Assembly (NCBI RefSeq): GCF_016432865.1
Contig: NC_067403.1
Coordinates: 245,396,001-245,460,000, forward strand
Direction: 5' to 3'
Length of the DNA: 64,000 bases
Origin: Antechinus flavipes
Lineage: Eukaryota
Shown here: one piece after another, positions 25,787 through 38,889 of the stretch
Layout of the letters: each line of letters starts with the position of its first letter
Numbering within the stretch: the first letter of the stretch is position 1
Translations under genes and position numbers: made by a program
The notes under the pieces: model-generated
What the model was told of the DNA's origin: nothing
Seen by the model: the letters and a program-made list of their open reading frames with translations, nothing else
Databases searched by the model: none

Positions 25787-26328
25787 GGTCAAATCTTCTA
25801 GTTGACTAATCCAAATAATTGTTACTTAAGGAATAACACCATACCATGAAAGTGATGTGAAAACAGAATTACCCCTGGCTAGAGATCATTTGGTCAATGC
25901 TGAATGGGCTCTTATCATCAATGAAATAAAGGTTTGGAACATATAGCCTCTGAATTCCTTTACAACTTTATGGTGGATGATTCTGTATAATCTTCTCTTC
26001 CTTAAGATGAATGCCAATTCCTAAATATCAGGAGCTATGAATTTTGTCATTTTTAATATCTGCATTCTCTGTGCTAAGTGGGTATTTACCATATACTAGA
26101 AATGAAATAAAGTATAGATTAAATTGATTAATTTACAGTTAATTTGGTCCAATCAAACAATTACTTTAATTAGGTATCCCAGAAGACCTCTTGTTTCAAC
26201 CCAGAATTAGAAATCATTGGACACATAAAACAATCTATTATAATTAAATTGCAGGTTTATTCAATTAACATAGAGTGGTGAGCCTGTGGGCTGTTTTCCC
26301 TTTATCTTTGCATCTCGAGCACATGGCT

Positions 26329-26498
26329 CTAATTAGTTAAATTTGCTAAAGCCCTAGGGCCTCTCAGGCCATTATACCTGTTTATACCATTAAAAAAAAT
26401 TGAATTGGTTCTTTTACATGAAAAAGTATTTTAACTTTGCATTGCAATGACTTAATTAAATCTGACTGATAGAGTGGAGTGATAGCTGCCCAGGGATT
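26329..26498 (+). promoter_or_regulatory. Candidate OR promoter: homeodomain and O/E (Ebf) site cluster
   Basis: CTAATTAG (26329-26336), GCCCTAGGGC (26351-26360), TTAATTAA (26452-26459), GCCCAGGGA (26488-26496); 740-910 bp upstream of the OR start at 27240. Confidence 0.5.
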
Positions 26499-27239
26499 CA
26501 AGAACTTCAGGATTTGTTCCAGTTCTGTTACAAAGTTTTGTTTTCTGAATTTGGAATGATTCTCTCTGGGATTCAGTTTACTCTTCCAAGACAAAGATCT
26601 CAATTCTACCAATTTGTCATGTAGATAAATTTGACCCTATAGTTCATATAATAGAACTAGGAAAAATGAATGTCTATGTTTATCTGCAGATTATTCAGCA
26701 ATCTTGTAATGAGAGATGGAGAGATAGAATAAAGTAGAATGAAGGAAGAGATATATTGGGGACACTCAGTGAGAATACCTATATAAGGTGTCTCTGAAGT
26801 TGGACACAACTGAAAAGCAACAATTTAAACTTTAATAGCCTAAAAAACATAAATGTAATTTTGGGGATACCCCATATAGTACTTTCAAGTTTGCCATACT
26901 TTATACACTTATCTTATCCTCACATTGAATCTCATTTCCTTCCTTCCTTCACTTCCTCTTTCATTAATTTTTTTCTTCATTCATCCCACTTTTCTGTCCT
27001 TTCCATCACTTCTATATTTTGTGAAAGTTCTAGATAATTGTGATTCACTATATAATTATTGAAAATGAATAGTAGCATTACTCAACTTATGCTCTACTTC
27101 CATGTGGATTCACTTTTTTTTTCCTTTTTTTTTTTTGTCTTTTTTGGTTTGTTTGTTTTTGGGTTTTTTTTGTGTTTTTGTTTGTTTGTTTGTTTGTTTG
27201 TTTTTTACCCTGGCAGATACTTATTTCAAAGTGACACAG

Positions 27240-28178
27240 ATGACTGACAGGAATATCACGGGGATAATGGAGTTTGTTCTCTTGGGCTTAACAGAAAGCC
27301 CTCACCTACAGCGTGCCCTATTTGTGCCCTTCTTCCTGATATATCTGATAACTGTGGTGGGTAATCTGTGGCTCATTGCATTAATTGGCTCCAGTTCCCA
27401 ATTGCAGTCCCCCAAATATTTTTTCCTCAGCCACTTGGCCTTCTTGGATTTCTGTTATTCTTCTGTCTGCATCCCTAAGTTGCTTGTGAATCTCTTAAGT
27501 GAGAGAAAAGTCATTTCCTACACTGGCTGCATCCTTCAGTTTGCCCTCTTCAGCATGTTCCTGACAACTGAATGTTTTCTTCTGGCAGCAATGGCCTACG
27601 ACCGGTACATGGCCATATGCAAACCCCTTTGCTACCAAGTCACCATGACAACCAGCCTCTGCTTGCGCCTGGTGGCTGGCTCCTATTTGTTTGGCTGTGT
27701 AACCTCACTCACCCATATGGGAAGCTTGCTCAATTTGTCCTTTTGTGGCCCTAATATTATTAATCATTACTTCTGTGATATTCCAGTGCTCATTCATCTG
27801 GCCTGCTCTGATGTTCAAAGGAATGAGATTTTACTCCTAATCTTCTCTGGTATAATGGCAATAACTACCTTTTTAATAGTTATTAGTTCCTACTTCAGTA
27901 TCTTACTCACTATTCTGAAGATCCCTTGTCCCCAAGGTAGATATAAAACTTTCTCCACATGTGCCTCTCACTTGACAGTGGTCACTCTATTCTATGCAAC
28001 AGTGATTTTTACTTATTTGTGTTCCAATTATGCCCATCCATCAGATTGGGCCAAAATCGTGTCTGTGTTTTATACTTTATTGTTACCCATTCTTAATCTC
28101 CTGATTTATAGCATACGAAACAGGGAAGCCAAGGAAGCCCTGAGAAAAATGATACAGAGGAAAATACTTGCCCAATGA
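27240..28178 (+). CDS. Olfactory receptor, family 5, divergent (312 aa from MTDRNIT; open frame, several motif substitutions)
   Basis: NIT sequon, [37 protein letters not shown]. The ORF-track extension from 27102 runs through a (TTTG)n polypyrimidine tract upstream of the acceptor tggcAG (27215-27216), so the true start is the ATG at 27240. Confidence 0.88.
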   Translation: MTDRNITGIMEFVLLGLTESPHLQRALFVPFFLIYLITVVGNLWLIALIGSSSQLQSPKYFFLSHLAFLDFCYSSVCIPKLLVNLLSERKVISYTGCILQFALFSMFLTTECFLLAAMAYDRYMAICKPLCYQVTMTTSLCLRLVAGSYLFGCVTSLTHMGSLLNLSFCGPNIINHYFCDIPVLIHLACSDVQRNEILLLIFSGIMAITTFLIVISSYFSILLTILKIPCPQGRYKTFSTCASHLTVVTLFYATVIFTYLCSNYAHPSDWAKIVSVFYTLLLPILNLLIYSIRNREAKEALRKMIQRKILAQ

Positions 28179-28959
28179 CTATGAGTGAGCAAATAACATT
28201 CCAGAAGCCATCATGTCATTCTGCTGCTGAATAATCTCTATGATTGCATGTTACCTAATAAAATTAAAACAATTAAATCTGACATTTAAGGCTTTCTACA
28301 AGCTAGCCACAGTGTACTATGTTATATTAAGTTCCTTCATTGACTCGAAATTCACCATTAAAATGGGCTACTTTCTTTGCATTAAATTTATACCAAGTTT
28401 GATCACATTTTTACCTTTGCACCTAATGCTTTGCCTTCCTCAAAAATCTCTCTATCCATTGAATCCAGCTGAACTCTTTTTTATCCCTCAAGATCAATTT
28501 TAAAGATTATTTGTATTATTGTTTTCTTTTTTTCTCAACAAATAGGGATCACATCGTCTTCCTATCAATTCATAATACATGCTGTTGTGCCACATAATGT
28601 GAATTATATTTGAGAATACACGTTGTGTTACTATCTCCTTTCCCCATCATTTATCATTCAGAAGGGAAGAAGTGAGAAAAATTTAATGTTTATTAATATT
28701 TTGTGTAAACAGGCAATGCTATAGAGATAATACTTTGTAAACTATGTAAATATATGTATTTATAATATTTGTAATTTTAAGTATATATTAAAATATGTGA
28801 AGTACTTTAACACTGACACCTTTAAAAGCATTATATTCATTTATAAATACCTTATACATAGAATACTTGGTAAATAATATATAAAGTACTTTGTAAACTA
28901 GAAATACATATATATGCTCAATAGATAGATAAATAGATGGATAAAGAGACAGATAATGA

Positions 28960-29350
28960 ATGGATGAATGAGTCAGAGGATAGAACACTAGATGTGGAGC
29001 CAAGAAGATCTGAGTTCAAATACAGATTCTGACTCATAAATGAATTGCATGATCCTAAATTAGTAATAATCTCTATGAATCAGAGGTTGAGTGATTTGAT
29101 CTCTGCATTCTATAGCCTGGAAATAAAGTCATATAAAGAATTAAAGTTAGAAAAACATCTTTTCTGAGTTTAGATTTGGCCTTGATATGTGGCCGTGCAC
29201 AAGTCACTTAATCCTGTTTGCCTCAGGTTCCTCATATGTATAAATGAGCTAGAAAAGGAAATAGCAAGCCCCTTCATTACTTGAAACAAGAATCCCCAAA
29301 AGGGGGTCCTAAGGTGTCTTATATGACTGAAAAAATGACTAAACAACAAC
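28960..29350 (+). mobile_element. CORE-SINE pieces (MIR/MAR1-like)
   Basis: ggatagaacactagatgtggagccaagaagatctgagttcaaat head; caagtcacttaatcctgtttgcctcag core; MAR1 tail ending gactaaacaacaacaa. Confidence 0.65.
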
Positions 29351-29824
29351 AAAGGAGTATCATCCATTTTTCTGTCAACTTTTCTTTAATTTGATCAATT
29401 GTAAACTTACAACAATTTTGGACAACACAATTGTAATTTGCTCTGAACAAAGTATAGCAATATTATTGTTCATTTGTTTTAATCTAGGTATTCATTTCTA
29501 AAATGATATTGAAAACCTAAAAGTATGCAGAATATGGCAATAATGATGGTGAAGATCTTGACTCAATGCTACGTGAGGATCAGCTGATGTTTGGGGAAAA
29601 ACAAAATCTAACTTGAGTTGCTTTGAAGAGGAAGGGGCAAACTCAGGATATATTGGGCTTCCTCTCATTACAGCTATTTACATCACCAGGTGGTCACTTG
29701 TTAGCAATGTTTTTGTAAGGATTCCTTTGAAATGGCATTGGACTAAATATCCACTGAGCTGCCTCATGGTCTTAAAACCCATAATTGTGCATTGCTATTA
29801 TACACTTTAGTTTATACATATGTG

Positions 29825-30110
29825 TATAGGGGTCAGCTGGGTAGTACAATGAGGATGGAGTGCCAGGCCTGGATTCTGAAGGGTCTAAGTTCAAATCCAG
29901 CCTAAGATACTCTCTGTATTACCCTGGGTGAGTCTGTTAACTTCTGAATAAATTAATTTCCTAATATGTAAAATGAGGATAATAGGAGTACTTTTAGTAA
30001 TATTTAGTAAGTATAGAGCTACTTACATTCCAGTCTTTTGAGGATCAAATGAAATAATATTACTTAGCACAGTGCCTGACATATAGGAAGTGCTATAAAA
30101 TCATTAGTTA
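29825..30110 (+). mobile_element. MIR SINE
   Basis: gggtcagctgggtagtacaatg...agttcaaatccagcc...gtaaaatgaggataat...cttagcacagtgcctgac. Confidence 0.7.
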
Positions 30111-31169
30111 TTACCTTATACATATGACAGTGTTTATTCGCAAAAATCATGTTGGTCATGTTCCTTACAGTGAATACCAAACAAATTGGCATATACCAAT
30201 TTATACCAATATAGCAATCACCAGAATATACCAATTTCATATTGTTGAAATCACTTATCTTTCTTCACACAAAATAGTAGCTATTATATTGGGCTTAGTT
30301 GACTTTATATGACTAGGGAATCTCTAAAATGAAGAGGACTTCAGAGGCCTTCTAGCCCAAGTTATACATAAGCAGGAACTTTCTCTACATCTTCAAAAAG
30401 AGTTATCCAGATTTTTCTCAAAAGCCTCTTTCAACTACAGGGCAACCCACTATTGTCAAAAACAGAACATTTCACCTGTGGATAGTTTTTTTTTTTTTTT
30501 TTTTTTTTTCTTGCACACAGATTAAATAGATGTTTGGAACTTTGTGACAAGTGAAAAATGAAATAACTGAAGAAACAAAAGTACCTGCTGAGCATAGAGA
30601 TTAAGCAGTGAATGCTATTTGCCAAACAAACTTGGACCCAAATCCCTTCCTCACCCTAGATCTGCACCCTGATAATAGGGAGAGACCGATTTTTAATACA
30701 TCTAAAACAATTAACCACACAAGGCTAATTTTAAAAAGCCAACAATGTTAGGTAATCTGATTTCTAACTGGAAGAAAGATCAGGGACTTTCTAAATTCAT
30801 TCAACAAAAGTGAACATGAGTACAATTCCATGAATTTGGATAAAGAGGTATCCCATTCCTTCCATATGTCAATAAATAGTCAAAGGAACATGAAAACTGA
30901 TCAATATGGGGCATATTTCAGATGTTTGAAATGGACACTTATGAGAAGACTCCTTGCAGCAATCTTTAGATTGGACAGTATTTTTTTCCTGACCATACAT
31001 ACTATGACTAAATATTGAGTTGGCAGTACAATAAAACATATATTTTCAAAACATGAATTGCTTTTGAATAGTGCTTTCTTTTTCTTGAATGTGATATTAA
31101 TTATAGGAACCTATATTTGAAGTTTATATTCCTCCATATTGAATTAAATTGAGTTCTATTTGAAGGGGA

Positions 31170-31810
31170 AAGGTCCCATATGCATAAAAATGTTTGTAAC
31201 AGCCTTTTTTAATGACAAGGAACTGGACATCCTCTATCAGTTAAGGAATGGTTGAATGTTGTGGTATAAGAATGGAACAGCATATTATTTTTCTATAGGA
31301 ACTGATCAGCAGGATGATTTGTGAAAGGCCTAGAGAGACTTACATGAACTGATGCTAAACAAAATGAGCAGAAGCAAGAGAACATTGGTACACAGCAACA
31401 AGATTATGTGATGATCAGCTCTGATGGATGTGGCTTTTTTTTCAACAATAAGTTGATTTAGGCACATTCTAGGAGACATGAAGAGAGGCATCTGCATCCA
31501 GAAATAGGACTATGGGGATTCAATATGGAATACAACATGATATTTTCACCTTTTTGTTGTTGTTGTTGTTTTTTCTTCTGTTTTCTTTTTCATTTTTTTC
31601 CCTTTTTGATTCTATTTTTCTTGTGTGGCATGATAAATGTGGAAATATGTTCAGAAAAATTGCCCATGTTTAACCTACATTGCATTATTTATTGTCTAGG
31701 GAAAGGGCAAGGGAGAGAGAAAACATTTTGAACACAAAGTTTTGCAAAGGTAAATGTTAAAAATCATCTTTGCATCAATTTTGAAAATAAAAAGACTACT
31801 ATCAAAAAAT
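31170..31810 (+). mobile_element. L1 3' end (ORF2 tail, 3'UTR, polyA), 5'-truncated
   Basis: gatcagcaggatgattt...gagagacttacatgaactgatgct is shared with 6840-6890 of the large L1; ends gaaaataaaaagact...aaaaaataaa. Confidence 0.85.
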
Positions 31811-32789
31811 AAAGTGGGTTCTAAGTGGTTCACAATTCTAGTCTGTCAAGACTTTCTAATGAATCTAATTAGATCATCTAACACCCTAACTTATTCTTGA
31901 AGTTTAGGTCATCATATGTTTTATAACACTAGTAGAATTTCAGACATTGCATATATAGATAGTTTTTCACTTTATCTTTGTAACCCTAGTATTTAACATT
32001 TGGATATAGATGGCCCTTAAGTCTTGGTTATATTAAATTTGATTGTATCTACCAATCTTATAAGAATGGGTTTATCCGTGCTAGAGTTAACAGTGCTGAA
32101 AATTTATGGATAAAGTACAGACCTATGATGTACTTAGAGACAAGGCAACAAGCAGAAAAATAATAGCTAATTCAAAGATACTGTGTATCAAGTACTATGC
32201 TACACATTAAGGACAGAGAGAAAAAATGTAATTATCTCCTCTCCTTAAGAGTTTATAATTTATAAAAGTAGATAAAATGTATAACTTGAAGTATATGCAA
32301 GATACTATATATTATATTGTGTATATATACATATATATTCATGTATATATATATACATATATATAATACACTCTCATATATATACACATATATAATATAT
32401 TCATAGAACATAACATACAGATATGTAAATATATTTACATATGTATATATTTATGTATGTATTTATATAGATATACATATTTATACAATAGTAACTGCAA
32501 TGTTTTATATGTGTGTGTACATATATATGTACACACACACACACACACACACATAAAACTACTAGCTACAATGTAATTTGTGGTGGCACATTTATTCCTT
32601 AAATACCTCAGTATGATTACATTACTTACAGTAAAGTGATGCATTTATAGATCAATAGGAGGGTGCTTATAGTTAATACTTACTCAGTATGATTGATGAT
32701 ATAACTGTTCTCTAGTTAGTACATGCTTAGAGTGCTGTAATGATGTAATCATACTGATATGGTCAGCAGGTTTCCTCTGGGCTGAAAGG

Positions 32790-33065
32790 CCTTATACCTT
32801 ACCCAGAGTTCCCCCACTATCTGCAGCCCTCTACAATGAGCCAAGATAGCTTTACCAGAAATTAGGCACAAATAGTCCTTGAACATTTGGAGTGGTTATG
32901 GCTCTACATTTCTGCATCTCACAATTCTTTTGAGCTACAACTCTACTTTACTCATAGAGTACAGTGATTTTTCTGACATAGGCACATCATATTGAGTGGT
33001 CCTATCCCAGTGTCTCCCATGTTTCACAATTTATTCTGAAGTTCTCCAGAGAGCTTCTTGAGTGT
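32790..33065 (-). mobile_element. RTE LINE ORF C-terminal fragment
   Basis: Minus-strand translation SLENFRINCETWETLG*DHSI*CAYVRKITVLYE*SRVVAQKNCEMQK matches the marsupial RTE C-terminus pattern (SLKNFGIDC.TWETLAQDR..W...I.EGAVLYEQSR...AQKK). Confidence 0.75.
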
Positions 33066-36000
33066 TATTCATAAAACTTGAAATACTTAATTCCTCAAAT
33101 AGTTGTTCCCAAAATTATAGTTATGTATTTATTGTTGTATATATTTTATTTATATTGCCTATTAAAACATTGCATTTATTTAGTAGAATTTAGTTCCTTG
33201 AGGGCAAGATTAATCCTAATTTTATGTTTGTGTTACCAACACTTAGCACAGTATGTGACTTGGAGCAGTCACTTTTAAAGTTTGTTGATTAAAGAATTAA
33301 GAAATGAATTTTTTTATTTATTTCACTTCATATATCTTGCATGATATTGCCCTCTTCTGGTTTCCCACATGTAATAACTGTCTAAATGTACAGAAGGCAC
33401 TTAATCTGCATCTGTTTCAGTTTCCTAGAGTATAAAACGGGGATAAAAATATCACCTACTTTTTAAGTGATAGTTGTAAAAAAGTTTAGCATTCTGACTG
33501 ACACATATTATTTCTTACATAAGTGCTAGTGATATATTAAAGGGAATAATATATATTCTTTGGAAGGCAGGGGATGACTAGATTGCACAATACATTAAAA
33601 TTTATTTGATCCCAGAGGCAATTAGGATCACATAGATCAGACTGTTGGCTAGCTACTTAGTCCAGATCCTCAATACTAACATGATTCTAAACACTTTATT
33701 TTCCTTGAAAGCCTGAAAAGAGAACTTTGATGGTTATTGTTCATTGTATACTATGTAGTCAATCAGTTGAAATTGTGATGTGATAGAATAACTCCGAGCA
33801 GATTTACTAACCTTCCCTTAGGAGAATATTGTACTATTTACTTTTTAATTATTGTTTTTTTTTTTAATTTGAAGGAAAGCAAAGTTCCAATAATTATACA
33901 TATATACATAAATGTATATAGATATAGATATAGATATATAGATATATAGATATAGATAGATAGATAGATTGATTGATCTGGGACATAGTGTCCCCTAAAC
34001 AAAAAAAAAATTGATTTGATTATACTTGGGTTCTGGGAATACCTGGATAGTGTTGATAGGGAACACCATGTGTGAAAACTTTGTCTGCCAGTAAATATGG
34101 AAAGCACTTCTGAAATATGTATAATTTTAGACAGATGTCTGAGTATGGAGAGGTTGAATGGCTTACTAATGTACACATAATTAGCTTTTGCTAAAAGCCA
34201 GAGTTGAGGCAAGTTCTTCCTCATTATAGGATGAATAATTGATATATCCCTTTTGGCTTGCATTAAAATGTGGATCTTTACTTTTCTTCATGCAAGAAAC
34301 ACATATCCATGAATGTTATTTAAAGAAAAGACCTTTGGGTATAATTAAAATGTTTTTCTTTCATGGGAAAAAATCATATAATCAATTCCTTTGTGGGAAG
34401 ATATTGAGAGATTTTGAAGTTTTTTTTTTTTTTTTTTTTTTAATAGCAAGAATCTAGATACTATAAAGACAATGTATGTAAATTTTCTTGATATACTGGC
34501 TGTTATAAATCATAAAGAGGAAGAGGAAAATGAGCTTAGAATATATGTTTTTCAGTAATTCAGTCTTCAAAGGCAAAGAAATTATTTGCTGTTTTTCTTA
34601 ATCTCTACTCAGCTTTATAAAGCATGATTATATTTCCTTAAAACATCAATTAAATTATAGAAACAATGGTGAAATTCCAAATCAAATTCAATGTGAATAG
34701 CTCCCCAAACCATCCCCCTTGTCTTCAAAATCATCAACAACATCTTTCTATTTCTCAAGGAACCAACCTCCAAAGTTCTAATCTGAAGAAACCAAGCCTT
34801 TGCTGTAAGATTCAGTATTCAGAATAGTAGGTAAGGCAAATAAGAACATAAAGGGAAAATTAATGATATCTAAAAGATTGTGAGAGTTAAGTTTTCTTTC
34901 TAGCCACAGGAATGAAGTCATTAATGGGAAGGAAAAGAAAAAAAAAATTTGTGGGGGAGATGAATATTAGCTTCTGACAAGTTAAGCAAGACTTGGTTAA
35001 ATATATGCTAAACAGAAACAATTGTGATGCTAGAATGATCCAAAAAATCTCAGAGTTTGGAAGAAATTTCTATGGCCACCAAATCCACTTCATACCAGAA
35101 TTAAGACTCCCTGTTTCATCAGACCAGGCAAGTGACTTTTCAATCTTTGTTGAAGGCCTATAAAATAAAGGAACCAACTCTCTCCAAAGTCAGTCAATTC
35201 CTTTTTTTTTTTTTTTAATATGTTCCTTTTAATTTAATTATCAATTTAAGGAAAAAATATAGGCAATTCCACAATATAGTATATTAAAAATTCTGTAAAT
35301 TATTTCTTCTCACGTAAAACCTAAGTGTTTTTCTGTGCAAATTTTTACCAGTATGACTTTTTTGCATCAAATAGCTGTCTCATATTTCCTTCTCATAATT
35401 TCCCTGAAATTTCTTTTTTAAAAATGATCTTATTATCCTTTTTCCCAAATGGTAAAACCTTGTAGTTTAAAAATTCCCAATTCTTTTAACCTTTCTTCAC
35501 ATGAAATAATCCACGCTGTCCTTATGTGGAGTCTCTCTTGATTATCAATTTTATTTCTAAAATAAAGATGAAAACCAAAGCAAATATAATGTACAAATTA
35601 TAATTTAAGATTTTTTTCAAAATTAATAATGTAATCTCTTTGCAAGTGTAAACTATGTTTTACTTTTGCATTCCTCTTAGAGTTGTGCTGATAAATGTTA
35701 AATAATCAGATCTCCACATTCCTCCCCACAAAAAGTGTGAATGACACATTTTGGGGGTTAATTTGCATTATTAATAATTTCTTCATCACTTTATTAAGTT
35801 TTTATCATCATTAAAACAATAAATCAAACCCATTTATGGCATCAGTCAATTTTCAATAAATAAATGCTTACACAGAAAATGTGTCAAACAGCTCATTTCA
35901 ACTTGCTCCATTACATGGCTGCCCATATCTAACACAGCAAATTTAATTCCATATAGATTATGTTCATTAAATGTTTATTAATTGGCTGAAGTAAATTAGC

Positions 36001-36149
36001 AATACTCTATTTACATCCATGTTAATATGATAAACATGCTTATAGTAACAGACAGCCTTATCTGCTCCAACCCCCATGCTCCATCCCAGCTCTTAGAACC
36101 TTCTCCTCCAAAATCACTTGCCCGGTAACTTGTGTATATCTTATGTGTC

Positions 36150-36300
36150 TAGATACTGACATCTTGCTTTTCTCAATAGAATTTAAGACCTTTATTATCT
36201 TTCTTTGTAACTCTAGTACTTAGTACAGCCTGGAACATAATAAAATCTTAAGAAATGTATTGATCAATTGATTATATGAATTGTTGACTGATTGATACTT
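36150..36300 (+). mobile_element. L2 3' tail
   Basis: ctttgtaactctagtacttagtacagcctggaacataataaaatcttaagaaatgtattgat...ttgactgattgat. Confidence 0.65.
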
Positions 36301-36383
36301 GGGGTAGCAGAAGTGGAATTGGTCTATATGAGACATTTCATGGAACTCAAATAAGGAAATGATTCAACAGTGCATACCACTAC

Positions 36384-36541
36384 CTGCCCAGGGATTTATA
36401 AACTTGATGAATTATCTAGAGGCATCCAAAAATATCTGTAACATGCAGGTCTAAAACCCATATCTTTCTGAGTCTGAGATTAATCCATGATCAATTCTTC
36501 ACGCTTTCAATCTCCAAAACAAAAGCAAAGCCAAGGTAAGA
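36384..36541 (+). promoter_or_regulatory. Candidate promoter and first exon of the OR8I2-like gene
   Basis: O/E-like ctgcccagggatt (36384-36396), then tataaa, then strong donor AAG|GTAAGA (GT at 36536); homeodomain sites nearby. Confidence 0.35.
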
Positions 36542-36839
36542 GCTAGTTAATTACATCTCTACATAATTTTAAATCTCAGTTTTCAGATTTGGAGATAGTT
36601 CATTAAAAGTTTATTGGTTTATATATTTCAATCTAGAAGAGAACTAAGCAGTCATTAAGTTTAATAGTCTGATTTTAGAGTTGAAGAAAATAGAGTACAT
36701 TAAAATTAGCATAGAATATTGCAATATCCAAGAACAATGGTAAAACATAAAGATCTGTTTTGTTTCCTGGCTTAGATGTGCAGGTTTTTTTTTTTTTTTT
36801 TCCTAATTCAAAGCAGAAGATAAAATGAATAATTGATTC

Positions 36840-37260
36840 AACTACTCTTGAACAACTGAATTTAATTCAGAAAGCATTGATTAAACTTATAAAATATTTG
36901 AGGAACTATTCAAAGCATTAACTACATAAAAGCAAAAATAAAATGATCCTAACCACTGGTGAGCTTAAAAATATGATGCTTAAGGTAAAGATAATCACAG
37001 ATAAGTTCAAAATGGAATTGAAGCAAGTAAAAAATAATTTAAGCAAGATATTTAGCAAGTGGTACATTCGAAAATTGAAGGGTTATAAGGATTTCCAGAG
37101 GAAGGTGAGTATTCTAAACCTGGACAGTAAATAGATTATACAAAGGAATAGAGAGGAGAGCTGGAATTGCATGTATAACAAAAAACAACCAGAGAAGTGT
37201 GACTAGAATGGAGATTACCTAAAAGGGAATAATTTGAAATCAATTTATAAATGAAGGCTG
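36840..37260 (-). mobile_element. L2 fragment (probably continues 37860-38300)
   Basis: aaagcattgattaaactt...ggaatcatactgtggaagg and tgtccttaagaggaactaaatctag are reverse-strand L2 patterns. Confidence 0.5.
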
Positions 37261-37524
37261 GAATCATACTGTGGAAGGTTTATATTGAAATGAATGAAGT
37301 TTTTATTTGTTTATTTTATTTATTTGTTTGTTTTTTAGCTTTTAATTCAAGAAGTCAAGGAAATACTTTTTAAAAAAAAAGGATTGCATAATTAAACCTT
37401 TGCTTATGTGGGATGTGTTGCCAAACGGAGACATATATAATCAAGAAATCAGTAGAGAAGACTGCAACCCTCCAGGTGACAGTTTGAAAGAGGATAGTAG
37501 AATAGTGAGTGAAGTTGGATTATA

Positions 37525-37752
37525 NNNNNNNNNNNNNNNNNNNNNNNNNNNNNNNNNNNNNNNNNNNNNNNNNNNNNNNNNNNNNNNNNNNNNNNNNNNN
37601 NNNNNNNNNNNNNNNNNNNNNNNNNNNNNNNNNNNNNNNNNNNNNNNNNNNNNNNNNNNNNNNNNNNNNNNNNNNNNNNNNNNNNNNNNNNNNNNNNNNN
37701 NNNNNNNNNNNNNNNNNNNNNNNNNNNNNNNNNNNNNNNNNNNNNNNNNNNN
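37525..37752. other. Assembly gap (228 N)
   Basis: N run. ORFs spanning it are artefacts. Confidence 1.
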
Positions 37753-38889
37753 GAAGAAAGAAAACAATATTGTTCCATTATCCTGGTTTTCTCCTGTTTT
37801 TCTACTACTCATGGATCATAGGAAATATAAATGGGAAGATATATGAGAAGTTAAAGGAAATACACATTCAAAGTCTGAATATTTTTCACAGTATGTTTTA
37901 TGATAATAACTACATACATAAATGAAGAAAGCGATCTGTCCTTAAGAGGAACTAAATCTAGCAGATAATGTATGGTTACACAGACACACAAAGTAAATGA
38001 TCATATCCTATTAGTGATGCAAAGGGAAGGAGAGATAACTTAGTAAGAGTAGGACAGCAGGTGAGTTACAAAAGGCTTAATAAGAGTGCAGTAGGCTCAA
38101 GATGAGCTAAGGAATAAGCTTAACATTTAAATCATTGGCAATCATTCCAAAACAGCCCACAGAGCAGATAGGAGGAGATGGGAAAATACAGGGATAAACA
38201 CAGAAAAAAACTCTGAGAAATTAAGATGGTGCCAATGAATATGCTATAATTAAGTTTAAGAGACAAGATTTTGTGACTCCAAGAGGAAGCAATTAAGCTC
38301 CCTAAAAATTAGAATATCAGCAACTACTGTGTTGTAAAATATTTCATAGTGTAAAAGTTTTATATCAATACTCACAACAATTTACTTTATTGACACCCAG
38401 ATGGAAACCAGAGAAGTATGAGAGTTCTTTCATTTAAGAATACAAAACTTAAATAAATGAATATGGGTATATGTGTGTTTCTTTTGCAACGTGGGCTACA
38501 TATCAGATGAATTGTTTCATTTGGATTTATCATGTCTTTCAAAATAGACTGTAAGCTAAAGCTAGCCAGGAACTTTTGTCTCATAAATGTCCCAATAATC
38601 TGTTTCAGCATCTCACAAGAATAAATATTCAAATGTTGTTCAATAAATACGTGATAAATGAATGAAAGTATGATAATGGATAAATTAGATGATGATTAAT
38701 TAATTAATGTTATCTAAGTCTGAATTGGAATCAGGAATATTTAGCCTAAAGAACAAAAGACTTAAAGGGATGATAAATAGCATCCCTCTCCTATGGAAGA
38801 GGAATTTAATTTATTATTGTCACCAGATAGTTTCAGGTTTTAATGCAGTATTTAATTGTATTATGAGCTAATTGCATTATGAGCTCTGT

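Noticed and set aside
27102-27239. 46-aa N-terminal extension in the ORF track
   Set aside because: Encoded by a (T/TTTG)n polypyrimidine tract upstream of a splice acceptor; intronic.
31203-31215. cttttttaatga resembling the H/P 13-mer
   Set aside because: Lies within a decayed L1 3' fragment with no Ebf site nearby; likely incidental.
33800-34260. Homeodomain-site cluster (cataattag, tcatta, taattg) as an enhancer
   Set aside because: Only a weak O/E-like site (ttcccttagga); TAAT cores are frequent by chance in DNA this AT-rich.
37400-37925. ORFs spanning the second gap
   Set aside because: Same N-run artefact.
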